A stretch of 47,374 nt of DNA, counting the filler, from Sphacelaria rigidula (Eukaryota): the NCBI GenBank assembly GCA_964200075.2. It is 2 parts of 2 records of this genome, joined end to end, with 100 filler letters (N's around TTAATTAATTAA, not from the genome) between each part and the next. Parts side by side here need not be neighbours in the genome. Positions count along the whole stretch, not along the records: positions 23,752 to 47,374 come from CAXNAA020000254.1; 1 more part is not named here. One strand, given 5' to 3'. A program made the position numbers and the translations under genes. The notes beneath the pieces were generated by a model. The model had not been told where the DNA came from, did no database searches, and worked only from the letters and a program-made list of their open reading frames with translations. Below are positions 24,647 through 37,030 of the stretch, piece after piece. Positions within the stretch are counted from its first letter, which is position 1; each line of letters begins with the position of its first letter.

Positions 24647-24787
24647 CTGCACCACCACAAGCGGTGTACGGTTGGGAGTGGGGCAGAATGAGCTGGTGCC
24701 GATACTGCTGCTGTTGCTACTGCTGCTGCTTCTCTCCCTCGTGCGAGACACGGTCCGCGTTCGGACCATGCGACAACGCCGGTTCAC
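24549..24787. repeat. Long imperfect inverted repeat (~95-105 nt arms) containing (CAG)11 facing a CTG run
   Basis: Left arm 24549-24653 is reverse-complementary to right arm 24695-24787. (CAG)11 lies at 24612-24644. Confidence 0.85.
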
Positions 24788-25852
24788 TGCGCGTTATTGC
24801 CGCCTTGCTGGAAATCCCTGGTCTATTCGTGTACTGTTGCCAAGTCATCACATGATCATCTCTAAATATATATTTACTTAAGCAGGAAAGGCGGACAATA
24901 TCTCGTGATGAGGTTGTGAACGGTCATGATGTCTGTACTGTTGTACTGTATCATTCTCGTTGTAATCATCATGTCTTCATTTTCCTCGTCTCAAAAAAAC
25001 GGGGGCCCAAGTGGTACTGTTGCGCACCAACAGCCAGCCGTAGCGAAGGTTCAAATCCTGACAGATAAGGTATTTGTTTGGAGAATCTGGCTCCTGTCGT
25101 GGAAAGCGTGATGTCACCAGTAGCAAAAAAAATCGACGAGACTCAACGGGGTGTGGGGTGTGGGAGTGCTGACCCACTTCTCGGTAACAAAATAATGCCC
25201 CCGCAGATATGACGGTGTTAGCCGGCTACTCCGTCACTACTAGTATTTTAAATAGGAAGGTAGTGAAGGAGAGATTGCTTAAACTCTCGAGAGTACGGAC
25301 TACTCCCGAGGAAGCGAGGGAATTTGGAAGTACGAATAGAGTAAAACAAGTACTAAGCGCAATGTACCATTGTAGAGCGGACCCATCATAGTCAGTGCGG
25401 TCGTGCCGGCTGGCAACCCATCATACCACAAAAGTGATTGCCTTGGGCGCCAGACCTCATTTCGGAATAATTTCTCCGACCCGCCTCAAAAGCCAGGAAC
25501 CGCGGCACTACAGATGAGCGGATCCTCCCTGTTTGCGAGCACCATCCTCGATAACACTATATACCATATCATACAATCCCTGATCCCCAGCCGCTGGTTT
25601 TGTACGTTCAACCAAAGCACTTCTTGTTTACATATATCCACTGGTCCGGCTAGGATCCATCTCGACCATTAACCATCTCGCGCCGCGCGGGTCAACTCGC
25701 CTCCGAAAAGGAGCAACGGTCAATCAACACACTGGGTGAAGGGTGAAAGGCTAGGTGCATCTGAGGGGCGACATAGGGGTCATGCTGTACTAAATGGGCA
25801 CAGTATTGTGCGTACTGCACTTGCGCAAAATAACTGCATGTATTACGCTACC

Positions 25853-25974
25853 TCGAAAAGTCTGTATCGTGTCATCTGTACTGTCTTGCGGATCCTGATC
25901 ATACACAGCATGACATGCCATCCCAGGTCGATTCCTTTTGCCAAGGCGTGCAGTATGTCCTCCTTCGTGAGTGC
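25853..25974 (-). CDS. Candidate internal exon, possibly of the RING gene
   Basis: CTACAG acceptor and GTAGCG donor on the minus strand. Open frame LTKEDILHALAKGIDLGWHVMLCMIR. No recognisable domain. Confidence 0.3.
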
Positions 25975-27888
25975 TGTAGCATGAGGATCGAGGATTGCTG
26001 CTTGGGGGGGAAGGGGTGGAACCGCATGTATGTGTACATGTTTGCATGGCGGGCAAGCGAGGGTGCCTCCTGCCTACTATGAGCAATTTTTCTCTACAAT
26101 GACGGTACACAACAATCTTCAAATAGACCCAAGTGGTAAGCCGAATTGTCACACACTGAAATATCATCATGTGTTACCTGGAATGCACAGCTTCTCAGCG
26201 CGCAAGAAAAACAACTTGTGGAGACTTTTAGCGTATCATTATTCGTGTGTACTCGTGATTATATCCTGCTGCTAGTACATGCCAAAACGATGAGTTCAGA
26301 AGTTTGACTGCGACTTCATCGGTTATCTCCGTCGTATGCCATGTGGTACTTCTAGGGTGGCAGTACAACGCACAGACTTACGTTCGAGGGTATACAAGCA
26401 ACAGTACAGTAACAGTATACAGCACACACTACCGTGCCCGAGGTTGAGTCCTTCAGCGCTGCGAAGAGCTTTGCAGCACACGTGGGAATTACATATGATA
26501 ACTCAACGACCATGATGAATTTGGCATCACGAACATCCACACAAGAGCTCGACTGTTGCGGTTCCTCTCATATTTGCCATCAAATAATCTCGCGTTAGAG
26601 GGTCGACAACGCATTCCGCAACCACCATGTCTGAGCATGGGTAGAACCTAGGGCTCCCGCCTGCTCGACTGTACCATTGTGTATCACGACACCGTCTGCC
26701 GAACATGCGACACATGTGTCAAGCATATGTCCACGACAATTCCGACAATTCCGCGGGGTGAATAACAACCGATGCCTCAAGATCTTCAGGCGCATGAAGT
26801 CGCGTTTGTGCCCTATGATTGCAGACACTTCTTCGGAATTGCGTCTGCAGCCAGCCTCTGACAAATCAGCTGGCAACGAAGGTTCTGGGATAAAGCCTCC
26901 CAAGTCCCGAAGCGCTTCGACGGGAAACAACAAGCAACATTCAACATTCCCTCCAAACAAGCACCAGCTATCATCATACAAATTCTGGAACAAAAACTAG
27001 TTTAGCCACGAGGTTGTGTGTGTGCAACATAAAAATTCGGATACTCTACGTGTACTGTAATGTAGTGTATTTACGTTCGCTTCGAGGAAGGCGATACTCG
27101 GCTGTTGAAATGCTGTCACACGCTGACAGTAGCCATGTGTAAGTGGGACGTAACATGATCACATTCCCCAACTCAGAACGTCTTGCAGGCTGAAAGCCGC
27201 ACGAATCAGTGCACAGCTGGTTAATCGGTGTGGTGTGAAACAGTTACAAGGGATGGGTTTACATAAAACAGAACAGTCGGAAAACAGTGAGTGCTGTATC
27301 AAGCAGCACGGACTTTTGAAATGGTAAAAATACTGAAAATAAAGACGCGCCGACACCGTCGACTGCAGTCAGTCACAGGCTGTACTACTACAAACCCACT
27401 GTTGTCGAGGTGGCGGGTATAATGTACTGCGCCCGGTGCTGAGCGGTAAGCTTGTAGCGCAACGAGTGAAAAAAATCGGGGAATGGACAATGAGTACCCC
27501 ATCCAAAGTGTTCGCTTCACTGTCGGCTGCTGACCACGTTTGCTACGACCATAACACCGAGCGCCACTTCCTGTAGAACGGACTGAAGGCACTTTCACCT
27601 ATCCCGCACACAACGGCAACAAACCCCTTTTCCTCCGGTTGGTCTTTATTTTTGGGTTGAAACAGAAGGCAAACATTTCTCAACATTTTTGGGACCGAAA
27701 TCGGACGGCGGGTACATCACATCATGCACCCGCTGCTTCACACTACAGACAGCTCTGCACGTCAACAGTTGTTTCGTAACTGCAGCCTCAAGGCGATAAT
27801 GACACAATGGCGTAGCAACATCCACCCCCCTGCCAGTTGTGCTCTGTAGACGCTGGGCAAATGTGATGAATTCCTCGAAATAACTTAC

Positions 27889-28070
27889 GTGGAGCAAACG
27901 AGATGGCCGCAGGGGAGGAGCCTGGGAACCAAGTTGCTGTTCCCCTTGATGGAGTAGTCGAAATAGAGGTAACAATTTGGGCAGGAAGTCAAATCTGCAT
28001 CGCCCGCAACTGGGGTAAGGCCGGCCGCCGCAGCTATCTTCCGGAGTCCTTTGCGTGAAGCGGAAGCCAT
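27889..28070 (-). CDS. RING-HC zinc-finger protein, probable first coding exon (remaining exons unresolved)
   Basis: ATG in GTCATGG context, then MASASRK...CPNC...VPRLLPCGHLVCS, ending at a consensus GTAAGT donor. CxxC...PRLLPCGHxxC is the N-terminal part of a C3HC4 RING. Confidence 0.7.
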
Positions 28071-28874
28071 GACTGCTCTTAGCCGCAGCGGCGGCAGCTC
28101 TCCCTCTGTCACTCCCCCTCCTTCCCTCCTGCTTCCTCGCCAGGCTCTCTCTTGGCTGTCCACTACCCGCCCCCAGCGGCCCGTATAGAACGAACCAAGG
28201 AATCTCGCAACGCGCGGGAACACCTGACGATCTCCTCTCCGAAGTCTACCGTGGCTAGAGCCGCGGTGTCTTACCGCAGTGTTGGAATGAATTCAGAAGC
28301 TTGATATTCTTGAAATGAAAGGACAGTGGTCTACGCCGTTGCTGGATTACCACGTTCCGTAGTTGAGTGCACTGTACGGTTGTACTGCCTGTACTTTGCC
28401 CAGTACATCGCCTGCTGTAGAAGATGGATCGCGGGTCTGACCGTAAAGGTTGAGGATATTCCTGAGCAAGACGGATCAGATACGATGAACAGTGCTAGAG
28501 CAAAACGGCGCAGGCCGTCGTCGAGTCGGGGAATTGTGTGTGCACTATACTGCGCTTTCCGGACCTAGGGAGGGCACTCATTGTTGAAGTATCTGAGGCA
28601 GTGAAGTGTGCAGGGTTGAGCTGCAGACACATCTGTCGAAATACCGGAGGCAGGAGAGAAAGCGTGATTGGAGGCTGCACAGCTGCTGAGAACGGCGGTA
28701 CAAACACTACAGTACCGCACCGTACTAGCGGACAAATAGGGACAGGAATCCGGTGGTATTGGCTGATCGCAGAGCTATGACTAGGGCTGGATCCCTCAGA
28801 GTCTTGTCCTCGGCTTCCATCCTGCCAGTGGCACATGCGATGCGTTCTCTCGATGAACCACCCAGGTTAGTCAC

Positions 28875-29250
28875 CTCGAAAGATATATTGTCCTAGAGTA
28901 TAGGTTGCGATGCACTTTCTCGCTGACCGTGATACTCCCCACTGTGCGGGCTGCTGTACCTACCCCTAGCTCTGCGCTGCACCAGGACGGTTTTAGCACA
29001 GCGTCCTGATGGAGACGAATGGGCACAGCCCTGCCGCGAAGACCTCTGTACGTCGCTGCCGCCGATATCACAGTCGGTGTGCGCACCGCATTAGCAGTTT
29101 CAGTGGTGTTAAATCCCAACAAACGATGACGAGATGAGATGGATACGGCGCTTGATGTTGGCATTGCTGTTTTTAGCGTTTGATTATTCGGAAGTCTGCT
29201 GATGTATATGGCTGGGACGTCTACTGATGAGGCAAGCATGACGTCGTACC
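28875..29250 (-). CDS. Candidate exon of an unidentified minus-strand gene
   Basis: CAG acceptor, GTGAC donor, 376-nt stop-free frame (ORF 28871..29263). No recognisable motif. Confidence 0.35.
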
Positions 29251-31811
29251 CTGCTGCAATCACGCCTTACCTCATGTTTTGTCACTTCAAATATCCCTCG
29301 TATCGTCTACAACAGTACCCGAAAAAGAAATCAAGCGGTTCCTCCGCACCCCATCTTGCAATAGAAGCGGAGATCACTTTTTTCCCCACCCTTTGCACTG
29401 TTTATTTCGTTGGTCTTGCTCCACCCGTCAAATCAAGTATCAAATGAAAACTCTCGCTATGGGCTTGTAACTCAGACCTTCCTTTCCATTGGTCTTTGTT
29501 TTGCATGCGAAAAACACCCAGGAAACACGTGAAAATAATTATCGGAACAATAAAAAATGGATTTGTTCGCTCTTTCCACATCCTGAACAAATGATTAACA
29601 CACACACAATAATTAAGTGTTGCGCCAAAAGAAAACGTCGAATGTACGCCGATTGTCGCATACAAGAATCATTGTATAAATTACCAGCTTGGATCGTCCG
29701 CAAAGTAGGTGAAGTTCGCACGAGCGAGGTGCCCCAGAGGGACGACCTACGGCCCAACACACGGCATATCTGAAAAGCCATGTTCAAGGCTGGATCGTCG
29801 GCATAAGTTGCAGGCCGAGAACGTGATCATATCCCGCGTTCGGTGGTGTGCATGGTGTTGCTCGGTACGGGTACCTTGCGGACCCCATTGTACAGCGATA
29901 GGTGGCGACTACGTTCGGTGTTCCAGCGCACCACCGCGCCCAGGGCGTAGTATATGGAGTGTACAATCCGCTTGAAAAAGAAGCATCTCATTTGCTTTCG
30001 TCGCACTGAGAACGGCACAATCTTTTGCATGCATGTCTGGCGGCCCAGCTGATGGGTTTGAAATTTGAAAACTCCGTCATGACCACTAGATAAAGTGCAG
30101 TATAATACGCTGATGCAATGTACAGTCTTCAGACAGTATACCCGTACGGCAATACTACGTGACCGCATATGATATGCGACGTATTCAGGGCGTAACTGCA
30201 TCTCATGTTTATTTGAGTTCCTACCTACGGTAACCACCATTTTTCAGTGCAACTTGAGTTGTGGATTTCTCGCCTGTGACTGCGTGTTCCATCATGAAAC
30301 TTGACACACTAGTTGGGCACAACACAGGCAGCATATGCCCAAAGCATCCGCGCGATTGAACGGGGAACACCGTACAACATGACCCCAACCGATTGTGGGG
30401 AATGCCGTCCATGCGCTCTCAAAGCGGCCATGCAGCTGCCCAGACTTTGCGCACTACAGATGAACGCAAATGTGCACGCGCAGATGCACAAACTTGGACA
30501 TTTAGCGCGGCTGAGCTGCTGATGTGGTAGAAAATTGACACCGGTCTGTACTGGGACCCTCTGTGGATCATGACCATCTGTAGTGTACCGATCGGCACAC
30601 AGTCTGTAGAGCTGCCCAGTTCATGACGCACGACCCTACGCGCGCTGTAGCCGCTACGAGGCGCTGAAACTTTGCTCATATGTTGTGCGAACCACAGTCA
30701 ATCGTCACTATATCTGGTATTGTGCGCACTAGAGAAAAAGTGGTCAGATTCTGTTCCGAAAAAATGTTTGCTTTTTGGCGCAACACTGAATTGTCGTGCA
30801 TTGAGCCATCCGCTACGAAGGTAGCAGTGCTCATATGATGAACGTACTGTACGAGTAACCGTATAAATGATGCAGCGTCTATGCGGTTGGTAATCGTCTC
30901 TTTGAGTGATATTTTGGCTACTGTACTCGTATAGATTTGTGCTACTTGCGCACAGCTGTTAATAGTTGCGTATATTCTTCAACAAATTAATTGAAAAGTT
31001 GTGAATAGGTAACTAGTTGCAGAAGATTTTCATCCCCTATGATGAGTACCTGCAGGCGATGAATGTTGATATTTTCATCAACAGTAGCGATTGTATATAG
31101 GCAACAAGTAGGACGTACATCTTTCTCATCCAACAGTTAGTTGTCTACTAGGCTAGTTGTGCAGATGTGTGCCTGTAACAGGACAGTGTTGGCATGGTAA
31201 TGATTAATATGCACCGCCTACTGTACACCCACAGTGTTTTTCCCTTTCAATATTATGGAGGCAGTTTTTTGCGATTATAATTCATGATCTATGGCGTCAG
31301 TTGGAGACAACCATGCTCCAAAATCATATTTAATGGCAACCGATCCGTATTTGTACAAAAATGAGGATTTCAGCTCGTCTACAGGCGATTTCTCCCGTGA
31401 AATGATTTTTCGGGCCCCACTCCGTTAAGTCGTGCCTATTTCGAACGCGGGGCACTATGGTCCAAAAATATTGAATCCCATAATTTTTGCCCCTATCTGT
31501 GGCCCCTCTGCCGTATTACTATTGCCCCCGGAGATCGCCAGGGAATCTATTTGCGCAAACCGATTTCAAAGAGTCTTTCTGCACTAGTTTGAGTACGTTG
31601 CGCAAACCACACACAATGTTATTCCTTCTCAACGATATGGAGGCGGTATCTTGGGCGACTAGGCGTCCAAACACAGCCCACCTGGAATCTGATCATGCTG
31701 CAACTTCATGTGCTTGTATTTGCGCACAGGAAGTCCTGATAAAAATTCAGCTTGAAATCTCAAAATCGGGCCCCGCGTAGAACTTTTTGTGTGGTGATAC
31801 TGCTGCTTCAC

Positions 31812-31915
31812 CCCAGTGTTCCAACTGATAGAGGAGCCTCCAATTACACAGGTCACGGGTTCGAATCCCCACACGACCACTTCTCTCCCCATAATCTGGT
31901 AGACTTTTTTTTTCG
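31812..31915 (+). mobile_element. tRNA-derived SINE head (second family)
   Basis: B box GGTTCGAATCCC at 31858-31869. Aligns by eye with 36970-37030 (CCCrGTG.TCCAA.TGA...TTAC...GGTCACG.GTTCGA..CCC). Confidence 0.55.
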
Positions 31916-31989
31916 AACTGTAAGAATAACCGATTATCATCGGGGATTGGATCGAGGGAAATCGTTGCAGCCCAATCCTAGTTGGATAC

Positions 31990-32099
31990 CTGTGCCTGTG
32001 CTCGTTGTATGTGATAATCGGCTCGGAAGACCTCTCCCATGATGGTGAAGCTGCTGACGAGCTTGATGTCATCTCGCAGCATTCCCAGTGCACACTTGA
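31990..32099 (-). CDS. Candidate exon of an unidentified minus-strand gene (KCALGMLRDDIKLVSSFTIMGEVFRADYHIQRAQAQ)
   Basis: CACAG acceptor, GTATCC donor, protein-like composition. Confidence 0.4.
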
Positions 32100-33545
32100 C
32101 TGTGCGTGTGTCAAAGTTGTCAGACGTGATTCTGCCGCGTTTCGTAAAGATCCGCCGTGTTCCTAGTGATGATAATTTTCGATAATACGGAGGCAGTATT
32201 TCAGAAGGTTGGCCATCGAGACAAGGCACACCTCGTTTGTGGTGGTAGTCATAGTAGTCATAGTGATGACGCCGAAACTTGGGCGATGTGGTGACTGGTA
32301 TAATGGCACAGCAAGCAGCTGAGGGCGTGGCGTACATTGAAACGGTGGATACCACCGACGCGCTTGTATTTATTTATTTGAAACTTCCTGTCTGATAATA
32401 ATTATTGCGGGTTCGGTATCGATCGGGCACGCAGGCAGCATCGGTTCCTGACAGCCTCATTATGAATCTTCGCCTGGTAATGGAATAACGCTTGAAGAAA
32501 AACAGTTAAGAAGCATCGTTTGGGCTCCGTCCAAGGGTCAGTTGTTTCCCATATACAGACGGTCATTCAAACGATGGAGGCGACCTTACAGTTCTCCGTG
32601 CGCCACCCTGGTCAAACGCACATTTGACGGAGGTCCCACGCTCATCATGTGCATGCAATTCACGGGAGAGTCGTAACGCTAAAAAGTGAATGTGACAAAT
32701 GACCCCGATAGAGCCCTTTCCCAAGGCGTCCATGCAATGGATGGTGCGCAGTCGTCACACACAATTAGTGAACAGCACTGCATTATGATAGTGCGCGCAG
32801 TCAGGGCGGGGGTCGCATGTACGACAACACGGTGCCAACTTCGTCCCGTACTCTCGAGCAGAGCCATTGCTTCACTTTCCAACCGCCTGCGATATGCGCA
32901 GTGACGTTCCCCCTGGGTGGTGCTGCTTCCTCCACCTTGCTGGCACGCCGGTTGAGCCAGCTGCCTCCGCGCAGATTGCGATGACCCCCCTTGCCACGAT
33001 GATTTCTGCTCTGAGCCCCGTGCAATTGACACTGCGAAACATGACTGTTGCGGCTGGAACGTGAAAATGAAAATAATTCCCTTCTTCGAAAGTCTCGACC
33101 TTACGAGGGTATGGAACAGGAGTAATAGTGTTTCCTAAAAAAAAACACTCTGAACACGCTCTCATGCAACGAAATGAGACGCACCCGGTACCCAACGCAG
33201 TGCAATAACGTCATCGCCTAAACTGCGCTAATCCACCAGTTGTGGTGCCGTGCATTACCAGGATGGTCTGCAGTTCACAACAACATGCTTCGACCGGGCA
33301 AGTTGTTGTGTACTGGGATGTGCCTTTGTGTTAGTTCTAAGGCTGGCCCAGGTCATACTGGTTCGATTATCAGCATTAGGGTATGATGGAGAGAGCGGGG
33401 GGTTGACACCCGATGCCTTGAGTTTCTCTTCGACTTATCTGATTTCCACCGTCGAAAGCGTGACTTCCTGAGTAATCAAAAAGTAGTTGACTGAATTGTT
33501 TGACGGGAGTTGACGCAGTGCGGGAGTGTTGATGGTCATGATCCA

Positions 33546-33660
33546 ATCCGCGAGACCAAAATGCGAGGCGTGTAGCGGGGACAGGAGATGGGCTGATCCG
33601 TTGAGACCACGGAGTCGTCCCGAGGAAGGGGAGGGGTTCAAAGTACGTCCAAGAGGAAAA
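33546..33660 (+). repeat. Retroposon 3'-tail repeat family, copy 3
   Basis: GAGATGGGCTGATCCGTTGAGACCACGGAGTCGTCCCGAGGAAGGGGAGGGGTTCAAAGT matches copies 1 and 2. Confidence 0.65.
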
Positions 33661-34081
33661 ATAGCTCGAGCCGTAGCTCTTCATGACCTGAATGCGACGT
33701 GCTTGGTTTGAGTCAAATCTGTTCAGGAGTGATGAGAGACAATGATCGTGTTGTGCCACACGCGCGCGGAATTGTCCTACGTAAAGGCTCAGCAACGGCA
33801 CAGCTATGTTTGTAAATGACACGCCCGCGGCCGCCCTTCCTATACTCTTGACCGGAATACCTGGAAGCAAATACCGCTGTGTTGCTGTGTGTAGACTAGC
33901 ACAGGCTAGCGTGTGCGGTGTTTTTGTGTGCTCGTATGTTCGGGACTCGGTTTGCACCGCCGTATCTGACTGGAGCAAGAGGGAATGACAGACCCAAGGG
34001 CCAGAAAGAACCACATTCCCTTGCAACTTTTAAGTCAGATACCATAAAACGCCGTTTTTTGTTCATTTAAAAAAAATTGTG

Positions 34082-34620
34082 TTAATTAAAAAGATGATCG
34101 AGACGCTGCGATCCCATTCCGGTTTCAATAGTTGAAGTTATGCGATTCTTCGTTGACTTTGTCTTATACCTGCCCGAGCATCTCTCGTGCGCCTTCCAAG
34201 TGTCTCGTGTCGTTGGAGTGGATGACGTCGCGTATCCCGTCCACTTCGATGAAGTTATTTGGAATTCCGCCAGGAACCTGATATTCGGGACCAAATTCGC
34301 CGGATAGTCAGGATTTGCCTGAAGTTCCTCGATGAAGAATTCACGACTGGCAAATTCCATGTTTTCAGGGGCAGTTTGACGAGCTGCCATATCAGCTAGC
34401 TGGGCGTTGTACATGAGGCTTTTTATGTCCTTAAGAGGAGTCAGGAGTGTCATGATAGTGTGCTGATCCATGTTGGTTATCTGGTGGTGTAAGTTCTTCT
34501 CCCACCTTCGAGATGGCGGTGTAGATGTCATCTGCTTTCCTTAATTTCGATCTCCAGCACCATTTTGCATGACATGGAAGCTAGCCCGCTGTCGCTATCG
34601 AAGTCGCTTTCTCTGCTCGT
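34082..34620 (-). pseudogene. Frameshifted, apparently intronless coding relic of unknown origin
   Basis: Protein-like segments in alternating frames: MVLEIEIKE, DDIYTAISKVGEEL, IMTLLTPLKDIKSLMYNAQL...FFIEELQANPDYP, FIEVDGIRDVIHSNDTRHLEGAREMLGQV*DKVNEES. Followed by an AT-rich tract. Confidence 0.35.
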
Positions 34621-36969
34621 TTTACTGATGTTGCTCTCGTGCCAGAGGGTGAAATTTCTGTCGATGATGATAAATTGTGTGAGAGGATGGGCCTGTGTCT
34701 GGCCGTGCCTGACAGCCACAAGTGATCCCCCAACCCCTTTCCCAAGAGCCTGGGACCCCCGATACCTGGCGAAAAAAAATGTATAAAACGAAAGACCCAT
34801 GCATGAAGAATATCGTAATGTTTCATGTGTGTATGTGGGCGAATGGTCAGAGTCTAACCCCAAGAATCGCTGTGAATATTTGCAGACGAGTGCTTCTGGG
34901 CGATAAGCGTGAGCCAGCTCGTCGATTCGCCGAAATGGTCCTCGTGTTCGCGACCAATCTCCCAGTACCGCTCACTGAGTGGTCAAGCTATATTGACATT
35001 TTCTGCAATAAGCATTCGATTGTTGAAGCGCACGAAAAAAATGAGATTTTTTTCATATTTGCGCTGTCCTTCTCATCTACCCCCCCCCCCGACAAGAACG
35101 TGTCTTGACCGTTTGAATAACCTGGGATTATTTTACCACGTCTTGTCCGCTGACAATCGCGCGAGTTTTAGAGGAAGGTTCTTGTACGCACACATGGAAG
35201 CCAGAAGGCGCTTGGCAGACGTGATGCAAAAGAAAATATAGTCGATATAGTCGATAAGCGAGCACCAGCGTTTCGCCATAGCTGAGCGAGGCGGGGTCAC
35301 CTTTGCTTGCCCTCTGTTTGCTGTTCATCTCCGAGTACTGTCAGACCCGTAAGTGTTGATGGGGTGATGCCCACCTCGGCCATACCATTGCTGCCCATCT
35401 CAGGAGCTGTCATAGCATTCAACAATGAAGACATGAGTGCTTTCACGTCGCAGCTACTGCCAGCAGAGTTTTTGTATGGGCAAGCTCATCGCTGTGCTCC
35501 CATCAGCATCATGTGTGTGTTTGCCAAGCTGTAACCGTACAGCTCAGTCGACTGTGGACGGTGGCGCGCGCCAGGCGGGGGGGTACGCGAACCTAAGGCA
35601 CGAGAAAAAACACGAGACCACCCAACCACAGTCGCACGTGCCTCCTACACCCCTACAGCACGTACACCCTGCACCAAATACGAGACGTTTTTTAGCTGTT
35701 CAGCAACAGCTTTTTGTGTTGACCACATACATGTACGTACCATTGTCGTCGTGGGGGATCAACTGTACTGTAATCTTTTGCGTTGTCCTAAGACTGCAAA
35801 TTGCTGCTGGTCGTGGCTTGTGCTCGAACAGCTACAACACGTGGTACAGTACAGTGTATGAGTTGCAATGACCGTTTCTATTTGGGTGTTGTATCTCCAC
35901 AACAACTTTCCTGAAGCGCCCTCAGGCGGTTGTCCGGTTAGAATCCAACCAGGGGCTCGGGTGTTGAAGAGCTGGGTCAAAAAGAGATCAAACGAACATC
36001 GAGGTCGAAAGTAAGTAGGGTCCTGGGATTAGCCCGCTGCTTCGAGCGATTGAACTACACTCACACCGCTTGCGATCCTCCGAGTCTCAGGAGAATGCCG
36101 AGCTGTCTCAAATCGAAAAAAGAACACTTTTGTCGAAACGCGGCGTCGAACGCTCGCAATGTCGTCAGTGCGGCTTAAGTAGCTTTCAAAATGCAAAACT
36201 CGTTCAAGACATTTCGTTCAAGACATTCGTGAATAATCGCGAATCGCGCACATGAGTCCCAAACGAAGTGTGTAGACATGCGAAGATAGCCTGAACAAAT
36301 AGAATACAAAATGTTATGATCGAGCACATTTGATTCCACATTGTGCAAGCACTACCGATGTGCACAAACAGTAGCGTAATGTAGTATAGTGTAGCGTGTA
36401 GTCTTTCCGCGCTGAAGTGTGCAGTTGTGGTACCATTTGTGCTGTGCTGTGCTGTGCAGACTTGCCAAAAAGGACACTGTCACCTCATTCGTTGCATTTG
36501 TTGACATTTGCTGCATTGACGTACGGATCGAAGCCAAAACATGGCTGCCATACCATACCTGGTTGAGTAAGACCTACCACGACTGTTTGGGGGCAGTGTA
36601 ACTTTCTTGGTCTGTGCCTGGACCACTCGACATACCTGTGCTATGTCAGCGGTTGGTCGTTAGGACCCAAATTCCACACGAGTGGTCGAACAGCTATGCG
36701 CAGCTTAAAATGTAGAGGTTAGAAGCAGAATTATTTTACACGAAACTTATATGATCAACACGCGGAAAGTAGTGGAAGCCACAGTGACAAAAAAAATGAA
36801 GCGATTTGAATCTCCAGAACAACAAAAATATACTAGCATCACTCCATGAAAAAAACGTGGTTGCTTTCGTGACGAGTTTTCAGCCTGCGTGCAGAAGATT
36901 CTTGTACGATTTCGACTGGAAGCTCCCTAAATTGGGCTGCGCGTTCAATTTTTGTGTGACACCGCTGAG

Positions 36970-37030
36970 CCCCGGTGATCCAAGTGACACACAAGACCCA
37001 AGTTACGGAGGTCACGAGTTCGAGACCCGA
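36970..37030 (+). mobile_element. tRNA-derived SINE head (second family)
   Basis: B-box-like GAGTTCGAGACCC. Homologous to 31812-31870. Confidence 0.5.

Noticed and set aside
24383..24881. PolyQ, polyA, polyL and polyC ORFs
   Set aside because: All frames are open because of the CAG/CTG repeats in the inverted repeat. No convincing splice context.
23305..28070. Cluster of two convergent RING genes
   Set aside because: They lie on different contigs separated by the artificial linker.
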